The notes under the pieces: model-generated | The model's database searches: none | The model's input: the letters and a program-made list of their open reading frames with translations, nothing else | Told to the model about the DNA's origin: nothing | DNA from: a virus | Reading direction: 5' to 3' (one strand) | IMG/VR virus record: IMGVR_UViG_3300027686_001029 | Length of the DNA stretch: 64,000 nucleotides | Made by a program: the position numbers and the translations under genes | Shown here: one piece after another, positions 9,422-18,230 of the stretch | How the letters are laid out: every line of letters starts with the position of its first letter | How positions within the stretch are numbered: position 1 is the stretch's first letter

Positions 9422-9922
9422 TTACTTTGATCTAGCAACTAATGTACTCTTAAATGCTTCCCAGTCAAAAGCGTTACCAGGGTCAGGTTTACCTTTCCCT
9501 TTACCTCTTACGTGATCACCGGAGCAGTCTGAGTGTCTTACTATGTTATCTATATCTATATTATACTTATTCATCCAGAAACTAAATACATTTACAGCAG
9601 TATCAAATTGATGCTTTGTGTATGTACCTTTTTTCTTAATTTTAGAATTAAACGATGACCAGTCATTTACTCCTGCTACTAATAGTTCAACTCCTAAGTA
9701 ATGTGAGTTGAGATGTTTTAGACCATTCCATTCTGATTTACCTGCATGAAAGGCTTTACTTGGAGACACAATATGTTTGTCATATGTACCGTCAGGTTTA
9801 ATATAACCATGAACGGATAAACCTATTTCTCTTATAAATTCTTTAGCATATAGTGTCTTACCTTCATATACTAGATATTCTGACATACTGTGTAGTATCA
9901 GTCCTTTTGGAACAATTGGCAT
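9422..9922 (-). CDS. N-acetylmuramoyl-L-alanine amidase (Amidase_2), endolysin
   Basis: LILHS, SVHGYI, AFHAG.S.W, LGVEL, IVRHSD, KPDPG.AFDW. Confidence 0.88.
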   Translation of the reverse strand: MPIVPKGLILHSMSEYLVYEGKTLYAKEFIREIGLSVHGYIKPDGTYDKHIVSPSKAFHAGKSEWNGLKHLNSHYLGVELLVAGVNDWSSFNSKIKKKGTYTKHQFDTAVNVFSFWMNKYNIDIDNIVRHSDCSGDHVRGKGKGKPDPGNAFDWEAFKSTLVARSK

Positions 9923-9933
9923 AATAACTTATT

Positions 9934-10269
9934 TTAAAATTTATCGTAATCTATTGAATCTCCACAGTTATCACAGTAACTAGGACCAGTTATAGTATGT
10001 GGATCTGCATCTGTCATTTCTATTGATTCTCCTGGTACGCCGTCATCGTCGCTGGCATTAAACCAAAAGTCTATAATCTTACCATATGAAGCAATAAATG
10101 CACCCAGTACAAGTAAAAGTATTTCCTTCCATTCTGAGCCCATTGCTGCTTCAGAAAATAAAGCTATACCTATACCTACCATAATAAGTAGAAAAGTGAC
10201 TAGAACAACGGTGGTGATAACGAACCTGTTTCTACGTACTCCTTTTTGTTTTTCTGTTATATCTGCCAT
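9934..10269 (-). CDS. holin candidate (2 TM)
   Basis: two hydrophobic helices, basic N-terminus, immediately upstream of the amidase. Confidence 0.55.
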   Translation of the reverse strand: MADITEKQKGVRRNRFVITTVVLVTFLLIMVGIGIALFSEAAMGSEWKEILLLVLGAFIASYGKIIDFWFNASDDDGVPGESIEMTDADPHTITGPSYCDNCGDSIDYDKF

Positions 10270-10271
10270 AA

Positions 10272-10508
10272 TTAACTACATTTACTTTTGATTTCATTAT
10301 ACAGTTCATCTGCATAACCTTGTGGGTTTTCAATATGTTGTTTAGTAGATTCTATTTTTTTTATTAAACACTTCTTAAAGTATTTAGCTTGTTTACCTTT
10401 AAGTAAAGTTTCTTCTGCACATGCTTTCATCCACCCTCTTGGGTCATTACCCTGTATTGATGTTTTTACGTTGTTGATTGCTATAATGCATTGTATTGCG
10501 TCTGCCAT
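10272..10508 (-). CDS. hypothetical protein (Cys-containing)
   Basis: operon-packed ORF. Confidence 0.55.
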   Translation of the reverse strand: MADAIQCIIAINNVKTSIQGNDPRGWMKACAEETLLKGKQAKYFKKCLIKKIESTKQHIENPQGYADELYNEIKSKCS

Positions 10509-10511
10509 AAT

Positions 10512-10916
10512 TTAATATTTATTTGCGGTTTTAACTTCTTCTATAGATTCTTGTAGTTCACTTAAATTAACAGGACATTCTAAATCTAACCCTGCTTTAA
10601 ATATTTCTTCCTTAATTCCGTTATTAAATATAATTAAAGTAGGAGCCATTCTAATTCTATATTTCTTTTTTGTAGCAGGAGCGTCTGCTATATCTACTCT
10701 AAAATATTTAGCACCTTTGATTTTATCCCAGTCTGAAAATGCATTTGCTTCATTAAACTTAGCCCAAAATTCAACTACTACTATATTAAATTCAGGATCA
10801 TCTCCAAATGAATGTTTTTCATTTACCTTTGATTCAAAATTACCGTCTTCAAGAGTATCTTGAGAGTAACTTATCATCGATAACATTATTAAAACTATAT
10901 TTAAGACTTTTTTCAT
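10512..10916 (-). CDS. exported thioredoxin-fold protein lacking CxxC
   Basis: signal peptide (SYS|Q), VVVEFWAKFN where WCxxC is expected, RVDI, APTLIIFNNG cis-Pro region. Confidence 0.7.
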   Translation of the reverse strand: MKKVLNIVLIMLSMISYSQDTLEDGNFESKVNEKHSFGDDPEFNIVVVEFWAKFNEANAFSDWDKIKGAKYFRVDIADAPATKKKYRIRMAPTLIIFNNGIKEEIFKAGLDLECPVNLSELQESIEEVKTANKY

Positions 10917-11233
10917 TATTGCTGCTTTTGAAGCTCATATAATCTATCGTCAATTTTTTCTAACTCCTTTAAGATAGCTTCTACATCTTCTTGAGTATCC
11001 ATTATTGTTTGTCTAATAAGTTCATCCTTCATATCGAACTCCATTCGTTCAATAGGGGGTATTGGAAGCTCTTTAGCTTCTTGTATATCAGCTTTAAGAG
11101 TAAACCACATACCTATAATAGTTGAGATTAATATAAGTATACCTCCTATAGTTTTTAGATCAAAAGCGAAATCTGGTTTTCCATCACCATCTATATCTAC
11201 TCCTACTGATACGTTATCTACTTTTTTTGCCAT
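10916..11233 (-). CDS. single-TM coiled-coil protein
   Basis: DIDGDGKPD motif, TM helix, acidic coiled coil. Confidence 0.6.
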   Translation of the reverse strand: MAKKVDNVSVGVDIDGDGKPDFAFDLKTIGGILILISTIIGMWFTLKADIQEAKELPIPPIERMEFDMKDELIRQTIMDTQEDVEAILKELEKIDDRLYELQKQQ

Positions 11234-11243
11234 TGTTATATTA

Positions 11244-11810
11244 TTAATCTAATAAATATCCATAAGGAGTAGCATTAATATCTAATCCAATTTCTATATT
11301 CTCTAATTTTAAATCTAAAGTCATATTCCTTTGAATATAAGGATTATAAAACTCACCGACTGCTGTTAAACATATAAGTCCTTTATGTGCTCCTCCTAAT
11401 TGACCAGCATCTTGAACCTGTACTTCGTTCCATACTATATAGTCATCTGGGCCTGGTATTTCTACTCCGGCATATTTGTTGTTAATATTTTGCCATGTAT
11501 AAACTCCTTTATCTAATAAAAATTCGTCATCATTAGCATCTGTATCTAATAGGTACATTGCAAAATGCTGTCTATCTAATCTTGGATTACCGTCATCAAT
11601 TTGTAAGTAAAGAATAAATATTTTTTTAGTAATACCATTTTCTTCCTTTACACCACCGAATGTATTAATTACAGAATACTTTTCATAGGGGTCAAATGAC
11701 TCTCCATCAAGAGCAATTTCGAATACAGGTATTAAAGTTTCTACTTGATCGTCTTTGCTACAGCTTAAAATTAAAATAATACAACTTATTGTTAAAAGTA
11801 TATTTTTCAT
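11244..11810 (-). CDS. lipoprotein
   Basis: lipobox-like ILILS|CSKDD with acidic residues after the Cys. Confidence 0.65.
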   Translation of the reverse strand: MKNILLTISCIILILSCSKDDQVETLIPVFEIALDGESFDPYEKYSVINTFGGVKEENGITKKIFILYLQIDDGNPRLDRQHFAMYLLDTDANDDEFLLDKGVYTWQNINNKYAGVEIPGPDDYIVWNEVQVQDAGQLGGAHKGLICLTAVGEFYNPYIQRNMTLDLKLENIEIGLDINATPYGYLLD

Positions 11811-13021
11811 TATCTAAATGTATAGTTAATTCCAAAGGAAGTGTTAAATATTTTAGTATCCCAAAACTTAGTATATTCACCTTCTGCAAATATTCCTATG
11901 TTCTTGGTAATTCTGAATCCAAAATTAGCTCCGAATTGATAATCTTCCCATTGAAGTGGTGCAGCATCTTCTCTCAATCCTCCTTTACCCCAATTTTCTC
12001 TATTAAGGTAACTAAAGTTTTCAGATCCACTGATATATTTATGAAACCCTGGAAGGTAGTTACCGTAAGCATGTAACCAGAAGTTACTTTTATAATGGTA
12101 AAAATCAAACCCTATAATTGGTGATATTAAATTGAATCCTGCTAGGTCATCCCATATTTCATTATTATACCTATTCATTAATTCACCGAAGACTCCATTT
12201 CTAAAATCTATATCAGAATAAGCTACTATATCTCCTAATTCATCCTTCCATATCCAGTTTTGTGTTTCTTCTTGTGTTTCATAGTCAGAATAGGTAGTAA
12301 AGTGGTCTGTATATCCGTATTCGTATCCTAATTCAAACCATTGATTAACAGGTCTTTCTATCATTTCTCCATTATCGGCCTCTACCATTTCAGTTTCGTT
12401 AAGGTAAATTTCAATAGGATTTACTCCATATACTGTTTGATGTGTTCTTCCGATTACACCTGCTGATAAAGAGAATTTCTTTCCAATACCTATTCTAGCT
12501 CTTAATTCAGCTGATTGGTAATTAAATCCTACATTACCTTGTTCTCTTGATTCTATTTTAGCAATATGATATTTGCCTGTATGTCTTAAAAAGTACCTAT
12601 GGTTAGTAAATTCTTCTCCTCTTAATCTTTCTTTTTCCCAATGTATAAGGTATTCAAATCCTTTTACTGCCGACTCTGGTCCAATTAAAGCTGTTTGTTT
12701 TTCTATGTCTGCATTACCTGTCCAGAAGTTTCCAGGTTTATTTTCGTAATCGTATCTTCCTAGCTTTCTTATACCGAATCCTATTCTATAGTCATAGTCA
12801 TAGTATTCAGTTACATCTATTACTTTTGGTATATCATAAAGACCTCCCTCTTCTGGTCTAGCTACGAAGTAATCTTTTCTAGTATTTTCGTATGCATTTG
12901 TTATGTCTCCTGCAACATAAAATGTACTGTACTTTAAAAAGTCCTTATAGAAATTTTCAAAAAATTGTGCATTAACAGAACTAGTTATGAAAAATGCAAC
13001 TAAAAGAATTATATGTCTCAT
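11810..13021 (-). CDS. outer-membrane beta-barrel-like exported protein
   Basis: signal peptide VNA|Q, aromatic-rich alternating strands, C-terminal FNTSFGINYTFR OMP-like signature. Confidence 0.6.
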   Translation of the reverse strand: MRHIILLVAFFITSSVNAQFFENFYKDFLKYSTFYVAGDITNAYENTRKDYFVARPEEGGLYDIPKVIDVTEYYDYDYRIGFGIRKLGRYDYENKPGNFWTGNADIEKQTALIGPESAVKGFEYLIHWEKERLRGEEFTNHRYFLRHTGKYHIAKIESREQGNVGFNYQSAELRARIGIGKKFSLSAGVIGRTHQTVYGVNPIEIYLNETEMVEADNGEMIERPVNQWFELGYEYGYTDHFTTYSDYETQEETQNWIWKDELGDIVAYSDIDFRNGVFGELMNRYNNEIWDDLAGFNLISPIIGFDFYHYKSNFWLHAYGNYLPGFHKYISGSENFSYLNRENWGKGGLREDAAPLQWEDYQFGANFGFRITKNIGIFAEGEYTKFWDTKIFNTSFGINYTFR

Positions 13022-13162
13022 ATTATGTTATAGTATGGTTTATAAATAAATAGCTTTAATTAACAAGAAGAGGGAGGGAGAGTGTACGTCTTAAAAGGAG
13101 TTCTAAGACAATGTACATAATGCTTGTTTTAATCTAATTTTTACTTTATGTTTTTAGGAATA

Positions 13163-13222
13163 CTATAGTCCTAAAATTGAAAAACTAATAAAAAAGCTCA
13201 ATAAGAAAAGAAATACTTTCAT
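13163..13222 (-). CDS. possible 19-aa hydrophobic peptide MKVFLFLLSFFISFSILGL
   Basis: hand translation; lies between a terminator plus late-type motif and a hairpin. Confidence 0.25.
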   Translation of the reverse strand: MKVFLFLLSFFISFSILGL

Positions 13223-13251
13223 AAAACTCTTAGTATATCATCATAAATAGA

Positions 13252-13282
13252 ACAAAAAAAAAGGAACACTTTTGTGTTCCCT
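13252..13282 (-). terminator. rho-independent terminator
   Basis: GGGAACAC-AAAA-GTGTTCCT followed by a run of Ts. Confidence 0.85.
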
Positions 13283-13324
13283 TAATTTTAGTAGTAGTCA
13301 TGAAGACCGCTATAGTTCCATCCT

Positions 13325-13543
13325 TTAGAAGCTTTGAGCTTCCTTTGGTAAGAACTCGACATTAACATGTCCGCATCCTTTGCAGCTGAAAACTGGGATT
13401 GGTACGTAACCGGTTTTGCCGGTACCTGTGAGGATACCTGAGGCTTTTCGGATGATAACTGCTTGTTCGAAGAGGTTTTCGTTGCACTCCTCGCAAAGAA
13501 CTGGGGTAGTTTGATTGATGTCCACATTTAAATTTTGATCCAT
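13325..13543 (-). CDS. Zn-ribbon protein
   Basis: CEEC...PIPVFSCKGCGHVN. Confidence 0.7.
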   Translation of the reverse strand: MDQNLNVDINQTTPVLCEECNENLFEQAVIIRKASGILTGTGKTGYVPIPVFSCKGCGHVNVEFLPKEAQSF

Positions 13544-13552
13544 AAGATTCTC

Positions 13553-13717
13553 TTATCTCTTACCTCCGTAGTAACCTCCTGAAGAAGATCCTCCTCTTGG
13601 TTTTCTCGGCGCTACTGGTTTAGTAGTTTTCTTTGTTACTGTTTTTTTACCTTTTACCTGTGTAAAGTAGTATGCTGCTCCAGCTCCTACAATTACTATT
13701 ATTATAATCCAACTCAT
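13553..13717 (-). CDS. 54-aa membrane-anchored basic protein (not in ORF track)
   Basis: hand translation MSWIIIIVIVGAGAAYYFTQVKGKKTVTKKTTKPVAPRKPRGGSSSGGYYGGKR; fills the gap exactly. Confidence 0.65.
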   Translation of the reverse strand: MSWIIIIVIVGAGAAYYFTQVKGKKTVTKKTTKPVAPRKPRGGSSSGGYYGGKR

Positions 13718-13720
13718 AGT

Positions 13721-14047
13721 TTATTTTTTAGTTGTTTTCTTGGCGGCAGGCTTTCTACCACGTCTTGGTTTTCCTTTTGCTGCATCTGCAACATCTTTTA
13801 CTTGTTTCACTACATCCTTTGCTGCTTCTGCAACATCGGTGAGTTCCTCTTTTACTCGCTTTGCACGGCTCCTTACAGCTTTCTTCGCTGTAGCAACTTT
13901 TGCTTTTGCTTCTTCTACAGTATCCTCAACTTCATCAGGGATTCCATCTGCATCTCTATCGCTAAATAAGTTAAAATACTTAGTGGCAATATAAATTGCT
14001 CCGGCTATAACCGCAACAACTAAAATAGTAATTAAAATTGTTTTCAT
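13721..14047 (-). CDS. membrane-anchored protein with DxDxDG motif and histone-like basic tail
   Basis: N-terminal TM, DRDADGIPD, KGKPRRGRKPAAKKTTKK. Confidence 0.7.
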   Translation of the reverse strand: MKTILITILVVAVIAGAIYIATKYFNLFSDRDADGIPDEVEDTVEEAKAKVATAKKAVRSRAKRVKEELTDVAEAAKDVVKQVKDVADAAKGKPRRGRKPAAKKTTKK

Positions 14048-14084
14048 TTAATTGAATTTGTTAATATTAACTTTATTATAAATA

Positions 14085-14591
14085 TCACCAATTTTTAGGG
14101 ACCGGCTTAACCCGTAAAGTTCTACTTTTATACTTATTATCTACTTTAAAAAAGAATGTTAATAAGTCTTTATGAGATTTTATAACCTCTTTATCGTACT
14201 GCTCTTTACTCATTTTAAAATAAAATAAAAAACATTTTTTAAGTTCTTCAAGCTTATTTTTTTCGTCCTTATCTCTATCTTCCTGCAAGCGTTTAATCCT
14301 TGCGTTGTCTAATGATATAGCTTCTATATACTGCACTTGGTCATGACCTAGTTTAATATACTTTTCATTTATTCTATGCTGAACTAATTCTATTTCAAAA
14401 GTATAAGATCCTAAATTAAAATCACCGTTAGTAATTCTATCTTTCAATGGGTGTAGACTACTAAGAGGTTTATTTCTTAGGGTATAGGATCTCCACCACA
14501 TAAATCGGTCGTACTTTTTTTTATAGTAATTAGTAGATAAATAATTTTCTAACCACTTTACGGAATGTATAGGCTTATAAGGTTCAAACAT
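14085..14591 (-). CDS. hypothetical protein
   Basis: ORF with its own upstream promoter. Confidence 0.6.
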   Translation of the reverse strand: MFEPYKPIHSVKWLENYLSTNYYKKKYDRFMWWRSYTLRNKPLSSLHPLKDRITNGDFNLGSYTFEIELVQHRINEKYIKLGHDQVQYIEAISLDNARIKRLQEDRDKDEKNKLEELKKCFLFYFKMSKEQYDKEVIKSHKDLLTFFFKVDNKYKSRTLRVKPVPKNW

Positions 14592-14593
14592 AT

Positions 14594-14627
14594 ATTAAAT
14601 ATAAGAACTTTAATTCAATTATACAAC
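14594..14627 (-). promoter_or_regulatory. host-sigma-type promoter GTTG-N20-TATATTTA
   Basis: same spacing recurs at 6043, 7555, 23701, 29571, 30691, 33493, 40297 and 48416. Confidence 0.7.
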
Positions 14628-14872
14628 TATTCTCCTATGTCAATTATTTTCATTGCAACTCGAATTACCTCCTCATCGTATTCACAGAGTAGGGTATAAG
14701 CTTTTTTCTTTAGTTCTAATGATACTTTCTGTGGGTGTTGAATTACTGATCTTTCAGATATATCTCCTCCAAATGGACGTTCAGTAATAGTATCACCTCC
14801 GTCAGGGGATTCATAAATCTTTAGTTTTTTATCTTCTTGCATTTCATGCCATTTTTTTACACTGTCGCTCAT
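14627..14872 (-). CDS. hypothetical phage protein
   Basis: IYESPDGG.TI..RPFG motif; operon-packed. Confidence 0.6.
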   Translation of the reverse strand: MSDSVKKWHEMQEDKKLKIYESPDGGDTITERPFGGDISERSVIQHPQKVSLELKKKAYTLLCEYDEEVIRVAMKIIDIGE

Positions 14873-14873
14873 C

Positions 14874-15824
14874 TTATAGCCAATTAAATTTGTTCCCCAT
14901 ATGTCCCCATTCAGCTGTCTTACTGAATATAGGCTCTTTTAACCCTAAGAATTTAATAATACCTCTAGGACTTAAATCATAATCACGTATTACTGAAGAG
15001 CTTCCGTCTACTATAGCTGTAGCTTCCAATGGTTGATCATGACCTATGGCATAAGCTAATCTTACTGTTACTTCTTTAGCTTTAAACTCTTTTAAGTAGT
15101 CTACTGCTATTCTTCTAGCCATATAGGCTGCTGATCTATCTACTTTAGTACAGTCTTTTCCGCTAAATGCTCCTCCTCCAAGAGGAACTCTAGGACCGTA
15201 ATTATCTACTGCTAATTTTCTTCCAGTCAGTCCAGCATCAGCATCAAATCCTCCTAATGACCAATCCCCTGCAGGATTCGCAAAAGCAGTTTTTAAGTTT
15301 AAGTTAAACTCTACTAGAAATTCATCAATAAGTTTAAGGAGTTCTTCTTTAGGTGCATTTTGAAATGAAGCTACAACACTTACGTTCCCACTGCCGTCTA
15401 AAGTTACTTGAGTTTTTCCATCAAATGGATAAACCTTGTATATCTTCTTGGCTAATTTTCTAGCTAAGTAATACTCTTGTGGAACCATTTCGTCGTTGTC
15501 GTCACAAGCATAACCTATCATAATACCCTGATCTCCTGCTCCTCCTGTGTCAACTCCTTGAGATATTTCTGGTGATTGACGAACAATGTTAGTTTGCACA
15601 CCAATATCTTTACCGTAGACTCCTTTTACAACTGAAGGTATATCGACAAAGGCCGATGTCGTTAATTCTCCAGTTACAGTTATAATTCCATGACCTCCCA
15701 TAGTTTCAATTGCTGCTCTAGTATTAGGGTCTTGTTTAAGACATTCATCAAATATTGCATCTGAGATTCTATCGCATATTTTATCGGGATGATTTGGTGT
15801 TACTATTTCTGCTGTTCTAACCAT
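14874..15824 (-). CDS. metK: S-adenosylmethionine synthetase
   Basis: HPDKICDRISDA, GAGDQGIMIGYA, DAGLTGRK, GGGAFSGKDCTKVDRSAAY. Confidence 0.95.
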   Translation of the reverse strand: MVRTAEIVTPNHPDKICDRISDAIFDECLKQDPNTRAAIETMGGHGIITVTGELTTSAFVDIPSVVKGVYGKDIGVQTNIVRQSPEISQGVDTGGAGDQGIMIGYACDDNDEMVPQEYYLARKLAKKIYKVYPFDGKTQVTLDGSGNVSVVASFQNAPKEELLKLIDEFLVEFNLNLKTAFANPAGDWSLGGFDADAGLTGRKLAVDNYGPRVPLGGGAFSGKDCTKVDRSAAYMARRIAVDYLKEFKAKEVTVRLAYAIGHDQPLEATAIVDGSSSVIRDYDLSPRGIIKFLGLKEPIFSKTAEWGHMGNKFNWL

Positions 15825-16366
15825 TTGTGTAAAACGTTTTTAAAATTATTATATCCGGCTGCTGCGTTAGCCAGCCAACGAGAGGATTCTCCATCATCGC
15901 TTATCCATTTATACAAAGATACGGAAACATTTTCAGACTGACAAACTTTTGCTATAGAATATCCTTCCATGTCTACTATATCACATTCTCGTATCTTAGT
16001 CGTATAGTTATTACTGTAGACTCCTTCTATATCATAAAAGATATCGGTAGTAAATAACTTAGTAGGGGAATCAGATACTTTAATTGGCAGATGTTCCGGA
16101 ACTACACAACCGTAGAAGTCATCGTGTATTACACCAACTTTAAGTACTTCTCCTACTTTATGGTTTTTTAGGTTTCCACAAGAGCCAAAATTTATAACAT
16201 GGTGCGGTATTTCTCCAGCATGAGTTAACTTGTAGTTATCTATTAATTTTTTTATATTTAAAGCAGATTCAACTTTACCTACTCCAATAATATGGATTGG
16301 AATACCAAAAAGTTCTGTATCATGGTGCTCTAATTTAGTAGCCGATACTAATAAGATATTAGACAT
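15803..16366 (-). CDS. MTA/SAH nucleosidase-like (PNP/UDP_1 family)
   Basis: GVGKVESA, INFGSCG, VDMEG, ISDD. Confidence 0.8.
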   Translation of the reverse strand: MSNILLVSATKLEHHDTELFGIPIHIIGVGKVESALNIKKLIDNYKLTHAGEIPHHVINFGSCGNLKNHKVGEVLKVGVIHDDFYGCVVPEHLPIKVSDSPTKLFTTDIFYDIEGVYSNNYTTKIRECDIVDMEGYSIAKVCQSENVSVSLYKWISDDGESSRWLANAAAGYNNFKNVLHKWLEQQK

Positions 16367-16842
16367 TTAGTGTTGTGATTTTTCTCGATACCGATATCAA
16401 CTAAACATAAAGTATCGAGAACTTCATATCCAGCCATTTTACATAACTCTATTGCTGCTTTCATAGTACCGCCCGTTGCGTATATATCGTCAACAATCAC
16501 TACCTTCCCTTTTCCTTTCATCATTTGAATAGTATCTTCTCCGTATTCTAATTTATAGTTTAGAGTGACTAAGTTAATAGGGGGTAATTTACCTTCTTTT
16601 CTTATAAGTTTTAATCCGTTTCCTGGAGATATCGATAGTGCAGATGCAAATATAAATCCTCTTGATTCAATTCCTACCCAATAATCTACTTTTTCATACT
16701 CTACCAAACCTGCCATTCTTCTGACGGAGTCGTTAAATACATACTCTTTTTCTAATAAAGGTTGAATATCTCTATAGACTATTCCTTTGATAGGAAAGTC
16801 TTCAACATCTTTAATATAATCTTTTAAATTCATTACCACCAC
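16348..16842 (-). CDS. apt: adenine phosphoribosyltransferase
   Basis: DFPIKGIVYRDI, GIESRGFIF, RKEGKLP, LEYGED, IVDDIYATGGT. Confidence 0.92.
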   Translation of the reverse strand: MVVMNLKDYIKDVEDFPIKGIVYRDIQPLLEKEYVFNDSVRRMAGLVEYEKVDYWVGIESRGFIFASALSISPGNGLKLIRKEGKLPPINLVTLNYKLEYGEDTIQMMKGKGKVVIVDDIYATGGTMKAAIELCKMAGYEVLDTLCLVDIGIEKNHNTKCLISY

Positions 16843-17744
16843 GGATTAGTTTTATTATAACGTTCACATTGAATATCTACTTCTTCTAAAGTAGCAGTTT
16901 TACCCGAGTCAATCATATTTTTCATTTCCAGATAAAGTCTATACTGCCAACCTACATTCATATGTATATCCCTTGATTCCTCTACAGGCGAATTTGGATT
17001 AACTCTAAATACTTTACTGAATTCGGCCATGTCATTATACTCTACACATCCGAAATGAAAATCTTGCCAAAAGTATGGAGTAATATTATTTTTTTCACAT
17101 AGGTATAAGATCGCGAGCAGATTTGAACGATGTACATAATAACTATAGTCTTGGTCAAGCAATAATCTACGTAAAGCTTTTCCGGACTTGTCATCCCATG
17201 TAATATCATAAAAACCGTAATCAAGATGAGGGAACATCGTCTCCCAATGGTTATATATAGGTTTATTGTGCTCTTCTTCTTCTTCCCCTAAAGAAAAATC
17301 ATACCTGTCGTGGTGAGGGTAGAATATAAAGCATTTATCTGCTTTTACTTTATCGATATATTGTTCCAACATTCTAAAACCGGTCTGTATGCCGGAGCCT
17401 GGAGCTGCCATATTGTAGAAACGTCCGCCTATTTGCTCGTTTAGTATATGACTCCAAGTATTTTCAAGGTAGTGTCCGGTGCCAAAAGTGTGACTGCAAC
17501 CTAAAAAAATATTCCCATTATGCTCGGTAGAAAATTCATCGGCTCTAAAACCATATTTATTATACTTATACTCAATTGGATTCTCAACATAATAATCGTA
17601 ATCTTTTAACTTAGGCCAATTATTATCTTTAGCCTCTTTATAGTTAATTAAAAAATTTTTATTTGAATCACTTCCTTCCCAATATTGTGTACTATCTCGG
17701 AATCGATAGTTAAGGTGTTTATCTCCTTTTTTCGTCGTTAACAT
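16833..17744 (-). CDS. SGNH-hydrolase-like protein
   Basis: YNKYGFR, FLGCSHTFG (GxS block I), YNMAAPGSG. Confidence 0.55.
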   Translation of the reverse strand: MLTTKKGDKHLNYRFRDSTQYWEGSDSNKNFLINYKEAKDNNWPKLKDYDYYVENPIEYKYNKYGFRADEFSTEHNGNIFLGCSHTFGTGHYLENTWSHILNEQIGGRFYNMAAPGSGIQTGFRMLEQYIDKVKADKCFIFYPHHDRYDFSLGEEEEEHNKPIYNHWETMFPHLDYGFYDITWDDKSGKALRRLLLDQDYSYYVHRSNLLAILYLCEKNNITPYFWQDFHFGCVEYNDMAEFSKVFRVNPNSPVEESRDIHMNVGWQYRLYLEMKNMIDSGKTATLEEVDIQCERYNKTNPWW

Positions 17745-17814
17745 ACTTTGCTTTGTTATATATAAATATTAACTTTTGTTAAATTCGCGCGTGGCAGAAG
17801 GAACGACGCCCTCT

Positions 17815-18183
17815 CTACTTCCCACCTGATTCTTTCCAGAAAGACTGCACCCCTAGCACTATAAAGCAAAGAAGCAACTGTACTGCTATCTTTAAGGTAA
17901 ATTTTTCCTCGAAGAATAATTGAATCATAATAGCATAAACTATCATCCCAATTGCAAAGCCTATAAACCTAGCTCCCCATATTGATCCATAACCTTCTAC
18001 GTTATATTTAGTAGCTAATATGAATACATAAGTTAATGGAACTGATAGAGCATACATACCCCACCATTTTTCGTCAAGTTCTGGGTATTTAAACTGTAGG
18101 TTGTGTTGAAACCATGCTCCTACTTGAGCAATTACGGTAATCGCGGCTCCTAAAATAATATAGTACCAATTTAAGTCTTTCAT
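17815..18183 (-). CDS. 4-TM membrane protein (DMT/SMR-like)
   Basis: four hydrophobic segments in about 115 aa; FEEKFTLK loop. Confidence 0.55.
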   Translation of the reverse strand: MKDLNWYYIILGAAITVIAQVGAWFQHNLQFKYPELDEKWWGMYALSVPLTYVFILATKYNVEGYGSIWGARFIGFAIGMIVYAIMIQLFFEEKFTLKIAVQLLLCFIVLGVQSFWKESGGK

Positions 18184-18195
18184 AGTTAAAAAATA

Positions 18196-18216
18196 AAACC
18201 CGCCGAAGCGGGCTTT
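18196..18216 (-). terminator. rho-independent terminator with UUCG loop
   Basis: GCCCGC-TTCG-GCGGGT then TTTATTTTT. Confidence 0.88.
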
Positions 18217-18230
18217 GATTTAATGGTACC

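Noticed and set aside
13288-13527. Alternative-frame minus ORFs (13288, also 8105, 17042, 28870, 36442, 38753, 44267, 60855)
   Set aside because: Nested in better-supported genes; no motifs
17770-17830. GC-rich patch after the DMT-like gene as a possible tRNA or ncRNA
   Set aside because: No cloverleaf or convincing stem could be folded by eye
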